64,000 nt of DNA from NCBI GenBank assembly GCA_965261085.1, contig OZ253442.1:3360001-3424000 (forward strand). The letters are read 5' to 3'. How positions within the stretch are numbered: the stretch's first letter is position 1; each line of letters begins with the position of its first letter. The translations under genes were made by a program, and so were the position numbers. Below the pieces are notes generated by a model. That model saw only the letters and a list, made by a program, of their open reading frames with translations, was not told the DNA's origin and did no database searches. Positions 48,595 through 58,351 of the stretch are shown in pieces. The stretch comes from a bacterium (lineage in GTDB: Bacteria; UBA8248).

Positions 48595-48953
48595 CCGATC
48601 ACCCCCCCGCGTCGCACTTTCCACCTCGTCAAAAGTGCCCCGGCGCCCGATAGCTGGAACGACGAAGCGGGCGGCGCCATACGGAATTCGATCACCACAT
48701 CCCCCACGTCTATTTTCTGGATCGATCCGGGCGGCGCTTGCGCCAAATATCCCGCGTAACGAATCAGCGCCTCATCCTTCACGGCTTGCGGAGCGAGAGG
48801 CGCATACTCTTCGATAACCGCCGCCGCCACTTCCCCGAGTTCGGAGATTGTCTCATCGTCCGCACTACTCAAACCCGAGACACGCCTTTTCAGTTTCGCA
48901 ATCGCCGCCGTGCGGGCTTGCGTGCCGGCGTTCGGCCAAGGACTCAGAGCCAT
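48591..48953 (-). CDS. Putative head-tail connector (gp6-like)
   Basis: 120 aa helical: D..I..L...AAAVIE.Y, P.AVK.A, LL..WK; lies in the head module. Confidence 0.65.
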   Translation of the reverse strand: MALSPWPNAGTQARTAAIAKLKRRVSGLSSADDETISELGEVAAAVIEEYAPLAPQAVKDEALIRYAGYLAQAPPGSIQKIDVGDVVIEFRMAPPASSFQLSGAGALLTRWKVRRGGVIG

Positions 48954-49918
48954 AATCTCGACCTCCTGGGTTCGCCGGCAGCGCCAGCCGGCATGTCATC
49001 ATCGCGGCCACGCCGAAAACGAACAGGCGTCCACCCCCCGCTCGCGTCAGTAGCACCAATCTGCAAGGCCCTGATTCTCGCTTTCTGATAGGTTGCCCTG
49101 CCTGCCTCAAGAACAAAATCAGAAGCACCCGCCGCCGTGTCGATGACGGGCCTTGCGATAACGTCCGCCGCGTCCATGCTTTCGAGCAATGCCCTGCCCC
49201 GTGGCGAGTCGGGAACGTCTAGCGCATACTCCAAACCGCCGCGCTTGTCAGACCAAAATCGGAGCGTCTTTCGTTTCCGGCTCCCAAGCGGGTTTGCATA
49301 TTCCCCGAGCACGGCGAGCGCGTCTTTTTGTTGATCCGGATCAATCGCCCCGTCCAAAGCGCCGCTCTCGAAAAGAGCTTCCGTGCAATCACCGGGAGAA
49401 CACCGGCATTCGACCGCCCGCTTCGCCGGGATGTTTCCCCGGATCGTTCGTAGACGCTTAGCGCGTTCCTCGCGTTGGCGGGCCGACACGATGCTTTGCT
49501 CATACTGCGGATCGTCAACCACGGCGACGCCGACAAGCTGCGCTTTCTCGATGATTCTGATATCACCGTCCTGGTGTTCCTGCCTCGAATGAAATTCGAT
49601 GCTCAGACCTCGCAAGATTTTTGCTTTTACGAGAGCGATTGTTTCCGTCGCGGATGGCGTGTTCGGGAGCGTGGCGCGAATGCGGAGCTCTTCGGGTGAG
49701 TCGATGAGCTCAAGGCCGCCGCCGCCCGTGCGAGCGAGGGGCGTTTTCCGGTCGTGCTGTCTGTTCAAAATTGTGTCGCCCAAGGGCGCGAACGCGCCCG
49801 GATCGATGCGCTCCCGGCCCCACGGGAAAACCGCCTCATCCCCGTAAACGAGCGCCGCGCCTTCGAGTAAACGACCTTCGGATTGTCGCAGTTCGAGAAA
49901 GCGTCTCTCCGGTTCCAT
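48944..49918 (-). CDS. HK97-type prohead protease with a C-terminal extension
   Basis: LEG.A.VY, ERIDPGAF, LNRQHD...PLART, GLSIEF, VAVVDDPQY. Confidence 0.85.
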   Translation of the reverse strand: MEPERRFLELRQSEGRLLEGAALVYGDEAVFPWGRERIDPGAFAPLGDTILNRQHDRKTPLARTGGGGLELIDSPEELRIRATLPNTPSATETIALVKAKILRGLSIEFHSRQEHQDGDIRIIEKAQLVGVAVVDDPQYEQSIVSARQREERAKRLRTIRGNIPAKRAVECRCSPGDCTEALFESGALDGAIDPDQQKDALAVLGEYANPLGSRKRKTLRFWSDKRGGLEYALDVPDSPRGRALLESMDAADVIARPVIDTAAGASDFVLEAGRATYQKARIRALQIGATDASGGWTPVRFRRGRDDDMPAGAAGEPRRSRLWL

Positions 49919-49920
49919 GA

Positions 49921-50193
49921 CTACACCTCGTCGACGACTACGTGGGCGATTGCGCCGGTGCGTGGAACCCATATCCAAACCTTGTCCAGGCCGGTCGCAT
50001 AAACGATTCGCTCTTCGCCTGGTTGCATTATCGGGCCGCGCTTCGAAGATGTTGGCGCGGCGGGAGAAAACCGGATGCGGACGCGCTCGGAGTTTGAAAG
50101 ATTCTCGATACTGTGGTGATTTGAGAAATCAATTCCCAAGGCCGCGCCCAGGTCTTGCGGCGTGTCGGTCGCCTCAAAATCAAGAGTCGCCAT
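49921..50193 (-). CDS. Small virion-associated protein (possible capsid decoration)
   Basis: 90 aa beta-rich, directly after the capsid gene; GGAGG RBS. Confidence 0.55.
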   Translation of the reverse strand: MATLDFEATDTPQDLGAALGIDFSNHHSIENLSNSERVRIRFSPAAPTSSKRGPIMQPGEERIVYATGLDKVWIWVPRTGAIAHVVVDEV

Positions 50194-50205
50194 TTTCGCG
50201 GCCTC

Positions 50206-51525
50206 CTACGCCACCTTGAAGGAAATCCGTTTATAGGCGTCGGCCCGGAAAGCGGCCTCCAGATCCCAAAGCGTGATCCACGTCAGCACCACACCTTGGC
50301 TCGCCTTCGAGTAGATATCCCGGATCACTTCGAGTGTTGGCCATACCGCTGCCACGGAATCGCCTCGCATCGCTCCGCCGTTCGGCCCGGCGGCGTGGAA
50401 AATGTTGCCCGACTGGATGTCCTGATTCGCGCCCGAGTCGGGCGGGGCGGGAACGTAGCTTGAGGCGACGCACATCATAGAGCGGCGCATGAGCGCTTCC
50501 GACGCGCTCTCATCGCTACCCGCTCCGGTGCGGTAGGTTCGGGCCGCCAACTGATACGACGCGACGCCGACCACGCTAGAGACTTCGCCCTCTCGTTGCG
50601 CGTGGACTCCATCCACGGCGCTCGCATGACTCCCGGCAAAATCCTCGAAGGTGGCAATGGCGCTTGGTGCGGTGGGAGCGGCGATTTTCTCATAGAAACC
50701 GGACGGCTCTTGCGCGTTCGTGGCCTCATCGCCGTTGAGCGCCAGGGCGCTCATCTTGCTTTTCACGGCGTCGGCCAGGTCGCGGCGAAGGGCTTGTTCG
50801 AGATCGGGAACCTGGGCGGACTGTTCATGCGTATATTCGTATCGGCCCGTAAGTCTTTTCGGCTTGAGCGTTTCCGTGTCGAACGTCGCCTCGCCCGCCG
50901 CCGCCGCCGCCATTCCTTCGGCCACGTTCGCGGGCGCGACGCCACCCGTGAGCAAAGGCCATTCCGTGCGGCCCGAAGGAACGGAATCTATCCGGACCCC
51001 GAGCGCATCCAAGATGCCCGACCCGAAAAGACGTTGCAGGATCGGACGTTGCGCGACCCCGCCCGCGTAGTCGCCGGTATCCGTGAATGCCCGGCGCTCC
51101 GCTTGCCTCGCTTCGGGCGCAGGGGAAGGGCCGGACAAAACGATCCACGGGATGCAAACGCCGCCGCTCTTGCCGACGGTCGACAACTGGAGGGCCGCGT
51201 TCAATTCCTTCGCCCGGCCCTCGATGCCGACGCCACCCGCCGCCCGGGTGAGATAGTCGCCGATTGAAACCGCGCCCATCAACTGGCGGATTTCCGTGCT
51301 CTCCCCGTCGCCTTCGTTGAAAGCGCCTTGCATCCGGGCTTCGTCTTCACCTTCGGCCACGATGGCGCTCCGGTGGCGTACTTCCAGATCGCCGTACTCG
51401 GCTTGAAGGGCGCTCGCTTCGTTCCTAATTTCTTCGGTGAAGGCGTCGCCCTCGATGCCGGATATTTCGTTCAAGCGGCCCCGCACTTCGGAGAGCCTGA
51501 TTTCGATTTTCTGTTTATTCGTCAT
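50206..51525 (-). CDS. Major capsid protein, HK97-type with N-terminal coiled-coil delta domain
   Basis: Coiled-coil N-terminus, GG.C.P, VAEG, F....LKPKRL, ALNGD.....PSG; AAGGAG RBS. Confidence 0.85.
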   Translation of the reverse strand: MTNKQKIEIRLSEVRGRLNEISGIEGDAFTEEIRNEASALQAEYGDLEVRHRSAIVAEGEDEARMQGAFNEGDGESTEIRQLMGAVSIGDYLTRAAGGVGIEGRAKELNAALQLSTVGKSGGVCIPWIVLSGPSPAPEARQAERRAFTDTGDYAGGVAQRPILQRLFGSGILDALGVRIDSVPSGRTEWPLLTGGVAPANVAEGMAAAAAGEATFDTETLKPKRLTGRYEYTHEQSAQVPDLEQALRRDLADAVKSKMSALALNGDEATNAQEPSGFYEKIAAPTAPSAIATFEDFAGSHASAVDGVHAQREGEVSSVVGVASYQLAARTYRTGAGSDESASEALMRRSMMCVASSYVPAPPDSGANQDIQSGNIFHAAGPNGGAMRGDSVAAVWPTLEVIRDIYSKASQGVVLTWITLWDLEAAFRADAYKRISFKVA

Positions 51526-51612
51526 TGTTTAATCTCCTTTCATGCCCCGCCCATCAGTGCATAAGATGTACTAATATACATTATTATAAATACTAAACAA
51601 GGTGACAGAATG

Positions 51613-51906
51613 TCATGGTGTGTCGACCAGCTCGCGCACCAGCTCGCGCCACGCTTCGACGCCTGGACGCGGCGGCGGGCGATGCGAGGCGATATGACAA
51701 TCCCGGCAATAGGTCGCCGTGTTCGTCATGGCGAAAGGTTCTCCGCCATCTTCGAGCGGCTTGATATGGTGAGCTTCGAGGCGACCGGCTTTGCCGCAAA
51801 TTACGCAACGCCAGCCGTCGCGCTCGAAAACGGATTTTCGGAATGCGGCCCACCGGCGCTTACTCAGTTTCGCGTGATGACGGCTCCCCGGATGCTTTCG
51901 ACTCAT
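51613..51906 (-). CDS. HNH endonuclease (gp74-like terminase cofactor)
   Basis: RW..FR..VFERDGWRCVICG...EAHHIKP..GG.....N....CRDCH. Confidence 0.92.
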   Translation of the reverse strand: MSRKHPGSRHHAKLSKRRWAAFRKSVFERDGWRCVICGKAGRLEAHHIKPLEDGGEPFAMTNTATYCRDCHIASHRPPPRPGVEAWRELVRELVDTP

Positions 51907-53399
51907 CCCACAATCGCCGATCGGAGCCGTCGCGGCGCTTGTGTTTTCTTTGCCCTGCGATAGCCCGCCGCAACGGCAAGGATGGCGGCGGCCGCTGCGT
52001 CATCCCTCGCCCGTTTTCGTCGGCCGCCTTGCGTGGATTTCGAGAGCTTGGCATTCCCGGCCGCGTCCATCACCACGCGGGCCTCGCTCATGGCGGCCGT
52101 CATCAAAAGCGAGCGCGAGGGCCGCACCGCGTCCGCAAGGCAAGCCTCCCGGAAAAGCCGCACGTCTTCTCCGCCGTCCTTGAATCCCTGCCCGCGCACC
52201 TCAACAGCCGTGAGGGGGAAACCGGCTTTTTCGAGCGAATCTCGCAACTCCGCCTCGCGCCACCTATCGCATACAATGAGATCGGGAAAGCCCCACCGCT
52301 CGCGCACTTCGTGAAGCAATGAGCGAATATCGGAAACGCGCCGCCCGGCGATGATCAACTCCCCCCGCTCCGCCATGCGACGATACAAACCGCCGACGCC
52401 ATCCGAAAGGCCACGCTCGCGCAAGTCGGGAAGCTCGGGAAAACACGCCACGCACTCAAGCGCCTTCGTGTCTGGCCAGTAGGCCGCCGCCGCGCTCATC
52501 GCCGCCGACGTGCCAAGGTCAAGCCCGAGCGCCCAGCGTCCCCGGCGTTCGTTTTCCGGGGCCTCGATGCGCGCCCACGTTCCCGCGTCAAGCAAGGTGC
52601 TTAGGAGCGTGTCGGGAGTGCCAAGGTTAAGCCGGTATGCTTCAAACTCCGCCAGCTTGGAAGCATCGCGCCGGGCCTCATCCGCTTCCTTGCGAATCCG
52701 GGCCTCAAGCGCCGGGAGATATTTGAGTGAGGGATTCGCCTTCGCCCACGTCCGGCGCTGAAACGGAGAATCGTCTTTTCGCGCCGCGTGGCATTGCGCA
52801 TAGTCCGCGCTTTCGAGTAATCGGGAAAACCAATGCTCGGGGGTGTCGGGTTTCGTTCCCAGCGCCACCATGCGAGAGCCGGGAATTTTCCCCATTGCAG
52901 TTCGGAGCGCCGACACCATTCTATCGCTTTTTGACGGCTCCCATTGCGCGGGTTCATCCGCCAACACAAGCGCCGGTGCCAGCCCGTGCGCTCGCGCCGG
53001 ATCGCATCCGATACAACGCACTCTAGCTCCGCTCGGGCGGTGCTCGATGGCGGCGTTTTGCGCCGTGTCCCACACCCGCCACTCGCTCTTGAGCGCCAGC
53101 CGGTCGCCGATAAACGCCCGGACGTGTTCAAAACTGATTCGCGCTTGCCCGAAGGATGACGCCGCAATAATCACGTCCGCTCTCGGCTTTCGGAGCGGGC
53201 CGTCTAGGAAGGCCGCCGCCACTCCCGAGAGTAAGGTTGTTTTCCCGTTCCCCCTCGCCACGGATAGGGCCGCGTCGCCATCCACCCCGAACGCGCCGCG
53301 AAGGAACCTGCGCTCCCACGGGAAAAGCGGGAACGGCTCCCCCACGCCCTCGCCCTGGGTAACCTGTAGGCCCTCGATGTATTTGAGAAGCGGTCGCAT
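51903..53399 (-). CDS. terL: Terminase large subunit
   Basis: Walker A VARGNGKT, QARISF, Walker B LVLADE, WAKANPSL, LGLDLG nuclease, C-terminal D...A. Confidence 0.9.
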   Translation of the reverse strand: MRPLLKYIEGLQVTQGEGVGEPFPLFPWERRFLRGAFGVDGDAALSVARGNGKTTLLSGVAAAFLDGPLRKPRADVIIAASSFGQARISFEHVRAFIGDRLALKSEWRVWDTAQNAAIEHRPSGARVRCIGCDPARAHGLAPALVLADEPAQWEPSKSDRMVSALRTAMGKIPGSRMVALGTKPDTPEHWFSRLLESADYAQCHAARKDDSPFQRRTWAKANPSLKYLPALEARIRKEADEARRDASKLAEFEAYRLNLGTPDTLLSTLLDAGTWARIEAPENERRGRWALGLDLGTSAAMSAAAAYWPDTKALECVACFPELPDLRERGLSDGVGGLYRRMAERGELIIAGRRVSDIRSLLHEVRERWGFPDLIVCDRWREAELRDSLEKAGFPLTAVEVRGQGFKDGGEDVRLFREACLADAVRPSRSLLMTAAMSEARVVMDAAGNAKLSKSTQGGRRKRARDDAAAAAILAVAAGYRRAKKTQAPRRLRSAIVG

Positions 53400-53484
53400 T
53401 CAAGACTCCCGGAGAGGCTTTTGTTTGAAGTTCGTCTCTACCCCCACGCCCCCCAAGGAATTTCGGCTACTATCGGCGGTGCCA

Positions 53485-53712
53485 TCATCGCGCCGTTCGC
53501 TCCACGTCCGCGTTCATGGCTTCCGCGAGAGCAGCGGCGAACTCGCGGCCCCTCTCGCGTCCTCGCAGTCGGTTCGTGACCCGGATGACTCCCATGCGGA
53601 CGTGCCATCGCTCCAGTTCGGCAAAGGGGAGAACCCGGCCACACCGCCCACACACAAGCGCCACGTCACCCACTTCGGGGATGCGCCAGCGGTGCGGACG
53701 GCAAGCGAGCAT
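53485..53712 (-). CDS. Small Cys/His protein (possible zinc binding)
   Basis: MLACRPHRW...VCGRCGR; TGATG overlap with the upstream ORF. Confidence 0.55.
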   Translation of the reverse strand: MLACRPHRWRIPEVGDVALVCGRCGRVLPFAELERWHVRMGVIRVTNRLRGRERGREFAAALAEAMNADVERTAR

Positions 53713-53888
53713 CAGTCTTGCTCCGCTTCGCCCATTCGCCGCGCAAATTCCTCGTCCAATGCCGCGCACATCGCTTCGCGCTGATCCGGCTCACAATTCT
53801 CGAGGTAGAATTTGAACAAGTCCAGTCGATTTTTCGGGTCATCTGCAATGAGAATGACGGCCCCGTTGCAAAAGGAAATTTGAATCAT
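53712..53888 (-). CDS. Small hypothetical protein (58 aa; not in ORF track)
   Basis: MIQISFCNGAVILIADDPKNRLDLFKFYLENCEPDQREAMCAALDEEFARRMGEAEQD; GAGG upstream; coupled to the next ORF. Confidence 0.55.
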   Translation of the reverse strand: MIQISFCNGAVILIADDPKNRLDLFKFYLENCEPDQREAMCAALDEEFARRMGEAEQD

Positions 53889-54389
53889 TTTTTCATCCTC
53901 TCGAAAAATTTTGGCCCGATACCTTCAGACCCTTAAAATCCTTAAAAGATGAAGAACAATGCCCTCAATCAGGCAGGGGCCGCGCCATCCACCAAGAAGC
54001 GATCACTCGGGGAAGGCAATGTCTCGCCTGCCTCGCTGCGCTCAGTAGCGGCTCGCCTTTCAGTTCATCGCCGCCGCCCCATCGGATATCCCGGAGGCCG
54101 CGCCTGGGCGCACCTCCCCTTACGAAGGAGAGGTGCGGAGGTCATCCCGTGTGGCCGACTTTTCACGCTGCGTCATCTTCCCGGAAAGTTTCTGCGAGGG
54201 GGCGTTCGCCGTGTCCCTTTCTCAAGGGCGATTCATGGCGTCGGCCTGTCCGCTTTTCTCGACGGCTCGCTCCGCCTTCCATTGCCAGCCCGCCATGACG
54301 CTTCCCTCGGCGGTGTGCTACGCTGGTACCTCTGCACGAGAATCACCCCCGCGTGACGGAGCGTTCGAGGCACCGACACACCACGCGAG

Positions 54390-54427
54390 GAAAAAGAAAC
54401 CCCGGCCTTGCGAGCCGGGGGTTTCTT
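54390..54427 (-). terminator. Intrinsic terminator after alpA
   Basis: aagaaacccccggc..gccggggtttcttttt on the - strand. Confidence 0.75.
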
Positions 54428-54638
54428 ATGAGGCCGCTACTACCGCTTCCGGTGTTTCGCCTTGCGCGACCGGGCGGGAGTCGAGCCATTCCTCGAGATC
54501 GGAGAGTCGCCACCTCACACTGCGTGGCCCGACGCGGATCGCGGGAGGAAACCAACCCTCTTTGAGGCCGCGATAAATTTTTGAGCGTGAGACCCTGCAG
54601 AATTGCTCGACTTCGGGGCGGGTGAGTAGCGTTTCCAT
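54426..54638 (-). CDS. alpA: AlpA family regulator / excisionase
   Basis: LL...EV....VSRSKIY.....G.FPP.I..G.RSVRW..SD..EWL; AGGAGG RBS. Confidence 0.92.
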   Translation of the reverse strand: METLLTRPEVEQFCRVSRSKIYRGLKEGWFPPAIRVGPRSVRWRLSDLEEWLDSRPVAQGETPEAVVAAS

Positions 54639-54767
54639 TTCGTGTCCTCCTGTGCTTGGGAAGTTCTTTGTCTACACAGAAGATAGCGCCGAAGGAAATC
54701 TAAAAAGAATCCACTTAATTCATTTTTTTTGAGGAAATTTCCGGGGATTATTTGTCAAATAAGTAGA

Positions 54768-55184
54768 CTAGAGATTTTTGCGATCATCAAATATTTTTTC
54801 AAGATAGGTGCATTTCAAACCGATTTCTTTCCCTAGTTCGTTGCAAAGCGAATCCTCCCAGTTCACCTTGTCAACGATGGCTCGCTTGACTCCGTTTCGC
54901 TTCGCCTCGTCTTTGCGGCGGATCAGTTCTTCAACGATCATCCGGTTTCGGAGTTTGGTGTTTTCAATGATGATCCGAAACTCTTTGCCGCCGTGATTTA
55001 TTCGAGGCCCCGGCTTCAAAATCGGGAGGCGCTCGGTGAAAGGTAGCGTCTCTCGCTCCTTGCGACGCTTTTCTCTGTCCTTGCACTCAAACTCACGAAG
55101 CCGATTCCAATAAAACCGGGCCTCCAACCGTTCGAATCGTTCCGCAACGGAAATGAACCTCTCCAAAACATCGGTATTCCTCAT
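54768..55184 (-). CDS. Hypothetical basic protein coupled to the integrase
   Basis: 138 aa; ATGA overlap with the integrase stop; lower GC. Confidence 0.6.
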   Translation of the reverse strand: MRNTDVLERFISVAERFERLEARFYWNRLREFECKDREKRRKERETLPFTERLPILKPGPRINHGGKEFRIIIENTKLRNRMIVEELIRRKDEAKRNGVKRAIVDKVNWEDSLCNELGKEIGLKCTYLEKIFDDRKNL

Positions 55185-56365
55185 CGAATCGCCACCACCT
55201 TCCCGGCCTCGCCACCTGCTACGAAACGACCCCATTGATCCATGAGCCGACGCCGCTTCTCGAAAAGATCGGAGCGCGCATAGCTTCGTTCAACATCGCT
55301 CCCGACTTGGTGCGCAAGCGCCAATTCCATGACGGCGTGCTCGGCGTTCGTTTTCTCGCTCGCCCACGTTCGGAATGACGTGCGGAATCCGTGAATAGTC
55401 GCCCGAGACGCGAGGCCCGTGTCTCTCAAAATCTTCGTCATGGTCATGTCCGAAAGCGGCTTGCCTGTCTTCATGGGCGAGGGAAAAATCACACCTTCGC
55501 CACCGGAAAGCGGGCGCGCTTGTTCGAGCACGGCGAGCACCTCATCGCTTAGTGGAACGCGATGTTCTTTTCCACCCTTCATGCGCTGGCCAGGGATGCG
55601 CCATTCTCGCGCCTCGGTGTCGATTTCTCCCCACGTCGCACCGCGCACTTCGCCCGAGCGCGCCGCGCATAAAATCAAAAACCGGATCGCCAGCTTCGCG
55701 GCCATCGACGCCCCGCTCGATTCGATGATATCGAGCGCCTGCCCGACTTCCCGATAATCCAGCGCCCGGAAGTGCGCCTTCACCTTCGCCATACGCGGGA
55801 GCGCGCCATCGATGGCCTCACCGGCGGGATTGTTCTCGATGAATCCGTGGGCCTGCGCCCACTGCATCACGGAGCGGATTTTCTGACGTAGCTTGCGAGC
55901 CGTCTCCGACTTGGTGCTCCATATCGGCGTCAAAATGCGGAGCACTGCCTCGCGGTCAATCTCATCAATGCGCATATCGCCTATGGCGGGAAAAGCATAC
56001 TTGCTCACAATCTGAATCCAGTTCTTCGCGTGTTTCTCGGCGCGCCATCGCGGCTTGTTCGCTTCGTACACCTTGTGGGCGGCTTCCCGGAATGTCGGCA
56101 TCTTCGCCCGGCGCTTCTCCGCCAGTATGTCGCGCTTCTCAATGCGAGCGGCCCGGCGGTTTTCGTGCGCCTTCTCTCTCGCTTCGGCCAAACTCACCAA
56201 AGAAAACGAGCCGAGGCCGATATCTCGGCGAACGCCGTTGATCGCCAGCCTTTGCACCCAGCTTTTCGCCCCGGATGGGGAAATGTTGAGGTAAAGCGTG
56301 TCGCCTGCGCGATAGCGGCCAGGTGTTTTGAGTGATTTCGCCCTTGCGGCGGTGAATTTTTCCAT
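55181..56365 (-). CDS. int: P4-like tyrosine integrase with Arm DNA-binding domain
   Basis: LYL.I...G.KSW...GLGS...SLAEAR arm domain; catalytic R (ARSGE), HGFR, LAH and Y. Confidence 0.95.
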   Translation of the reverse strand: MEKFTAARAKSLKTPGRYRAGDTLYLNISPSGAKSWVQRLAINGVRRDIGLGSFSLVSLAEAREKAHENRRAARIEKRDILAEKRRAKMPTFREAAHKVYEANKPRWRAEKHAKNWIQIVSKYAFPAIGDMRIDEIDREAVLRILTPIWSTKSETARKLRQKIRSVMQWAQAHGFIENNPAGEAIDGALPRMAKVKAHFRALDYREVGQALDIIESSGASMAAKLAIRFLILCAARSGEVRGATWGEIDTEAREWRIPGQRMKGGKEHRVPLSDEVLAVLEQARPLSGGEGVIFPSPMKTGKPLSDMTMTKILRDTGLASRATIHGFRTSFRTWASEKTNAEHAVMELALAHQVGSDVERSYARSDLFEKRRRLMDQWGRFVAGGEAGKVVAIR

Positions 56366-56410
56366 GCGTTTCCCTCCGTTTCCCACCTCATTTCCCACGT
56401 TCAATCAGGG

Positions 56411-56439
56411 AATCTATGAGAATCGAAAGGAATTGTCAA
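56411..56439 (-). promoter_or_regulatory. Putative integrase promoter
   Basis: TTGACA-17-TAGATT on the - strand. Confidence 0.55.
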
Positions 56440-56452
56440 GCCCCCAAAAGCA

Positions 56453-56482
56453 CCGAAACCCCTTTGTTTCAAGGGGTTTCGG
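56453..56482 (-). terminator. Element-supplied terminator downstream of the tRNA
   Basis: ccgaaacccctt / aaggggtttcgg 12-bp stem followed by TGCTTTT on -. Confidence 0.7.
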
Positions 56483-56522
56483 GGTGTTTCGGGTATTTCT
56501 GGAAATGTATGAAATGAGTGCG

Positions 56523-56599
<77 letters not shown>

Positions 56600-56704
56600 T
56601 CAATATGTGTTATCTACTCCCGCATGGGCATTCTGTCAAGGAGAAGAGGTTTTCGAGAAACACCAGGGAGGCTCCCTTGACGTCAAGGCACCGAAAATCG
56701 TGCA

Positions 56705-57031
56705 TCATTTTTTCGAGGGAATGAACTCGTAGACGACTTCCCCTTTCTTGACGAGGCCTAAATCTTCTCTTGCAATCTTTTCGATCGCCTGCTTATCGGA
56801 GCGCAGAGAACGAATCTCCGCGCTCAATTCCTTGTTCTTCGTCTTTATTTCCTCGATCTCTATTTTGAGTTCGGACACGCGCTCTTTATTCACGATGACG
56901 GCGAGATACCCATCCTGGCCAAGCCATGCGGTTCCCAGCAACAAGAGGATGATGCCAGCAGAAATCCAGAAGAAGAGTCTAGCGGCTTTTGGCGATTGGC
57001 CCGTGCTGGATGATCGCCCTGCTTTTCGCAT
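56705..57031 (-). CDS. ftsB: Septum formation initiator, FtsB/DivIC family
   Basis: TM helix, G..G, coiled coil, IEKIAREDLGLVK.GE. Confidence 0.88.
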   Translation of the reverse strand: MRKAGRSSSTGQSPKAARLFFWISAGIILLLLGTAWLGQDGYLAVIVNKERVSELKIEIEEIKTKNKELSAEIRSLRSDKQAIEKIAREDLGLVKKGEVVYEFIPSKK

Positions 57032-57067
57032 CGCGCTCAGGCTCCGCGGCGCGCGAGCCTCATCGGA

Positions 57068-58351
57068 CTACAGCTCGGCGAACGCTTCTCGCGCGGCGGC
57101 CAGCGTGGCCTCCACGCTCTCATCCGTATGGGCGGAGGACATGAACCCCACTTCGAACTGGCTCGGGGCGAATGCCACACCCCGTTTTAGCATAGAATGA
57201 AAGAATTTTGCATACTGCGCGGTGTCCGAGCGCATGGCGTCGGAGAAATTTCGAACCGGACCTTCATGAAAAAATGCGCTGAACATCGAGCCGCAACGTG
57301 CGCCGGTGAGCAGAACGCCCGCCGCTCGCGCCGCGTCGGCCATCCCCTCAGAAAGCGCCTTCACCTTCTCGTCCAGGGCTTCGGGCAGCCCATCTTCTTC
57401 GATAATTTTGAGCGTCTCCACTCCCGCCGTCATGGCCAGGGGATTTCCGGAAAGCGTGCCCGCTTGGTAGACGGAGCCCAGGGGAGAGACGCATTCCATC
57501 ACGTCGCGCCTTCCGCCATAAGCACCCACGGGCATTCCGCCGCCAATCACTTTTCCGAGAGTCGTCAAATCGGGCTTGATTCCAAAAAGAGCCTGAGCAC
57601 CTCCTCTGGCTACCCGAAACCCCGTCATCACCTCATCAAAAATGAGCAAAGCGCCCGCCTTTTCGGTTTCTTCCCTCAAGACCTCTAAAAACCCGGGCTC
57701 GGGCAGAATGAGCCCCATGTTGCCGGCCACCGGCTCGATGATGAGGGCGGCCACGTCCGCTCCGCGCCTGGCGAAGAAATCCCTGAGCGCCTCGATATCG
57801 TTGAAAGGAAGAGTCGCCGTGTTTCGCGCGTAATCCCGTGGAACGCCTCCGCTGTCCGGTACACCCAAGGTGGCGCCCCCGCTGCCCGCCTTGACGAGAA
57901 GTCCGTCGGCGTGGCCGTGGTAGCAGCCCTCGAACTTGACGATTACGTCCCGGCCCGTGAATCCGCGCGCGAGGCGGATGGCCGACATCGTCGCCTCCGT
58001 GCCCGAGTTCACGAAACGCAACAACTCCATGGAGGGGTATACTGCGTTCACCAGTTCCGCCAATTCGGTCTCGAGGGCCGTGGGCGCGCCGAAACTCGTG
58101 CCGCGCGCCGCCGCCTTTTGAATCGCTTTCACTACACGCGGGTGGGAGTGGCCCAGAATCAACGGCCCCCAGGAGAGTACGTAGTCGATATAGGCGTTGT
58201 CGTCGGCGTCCCATATCCGGTCGCCCTCTCCTTTTTCGACGAAAAAGGGCGTTCCGCCTACGCCCCGAAACGCGCGGACGGGCGAATCCACGCCGCCTGG
58301 GATGCGGTTTTGCGCAAGCGCGAATAACTCCTCGGATTTAGGCCGGTTCAC
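57068..58351 (-). CDS. hemL: Glutamate-1-semialdehyde 2,1-aminomutase
   Basis: [50 protein letters not shown]. Confidence 0.97.
   Translation of the reverse strand: MNRPKSEELFALAQNRIPGGVDSPVRAFRGVGGTPFFVEKGEGDRIWDADDNAYIDYVLSWGPLILGHSHPRVVKAIQKAAARGTSFGAPTALETELAELVNAVYPSMELLRFVNSGTEATMSAIRLARGFTGRDVIVKFEGCYHGHADGLLVKAGSGGATLGVPDSGGVPRDYARNTATLPFNDIEALRDFFARRGADVAALIIEPVAGNMGLILPEPGFLEVLREETEKAGALLIFDEVMTGFRVARGGAQALFGIKPDLTTLGKVIGGGMPVGAYGGRRDVMECVSPLGSVYQAGTLSGNPLAMTAGVETLKIIEEDGLPEALDEKVKALSEGMADAARAAGVLLTGARCGSMFSAFFHEGPVRNFSDAMRSDTAQYAKFFHSMLKRGVAFAPSQFEVGFMSSAHTDESVEATLAAAREAFAEL

Noticed and set aside
51545-51605. AT-rich palindrome atgta..tacat before the capsid gene as a dif-like site
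   Set aside because: Does not match the XerD arm; more simply a promoter/operator region, and not supportable further
53400-53480. cos site upstream of terL
   Set aside because: The C-rich tract is suggestive, but no defined cos consensus or symmetric nick site can be identified by eye
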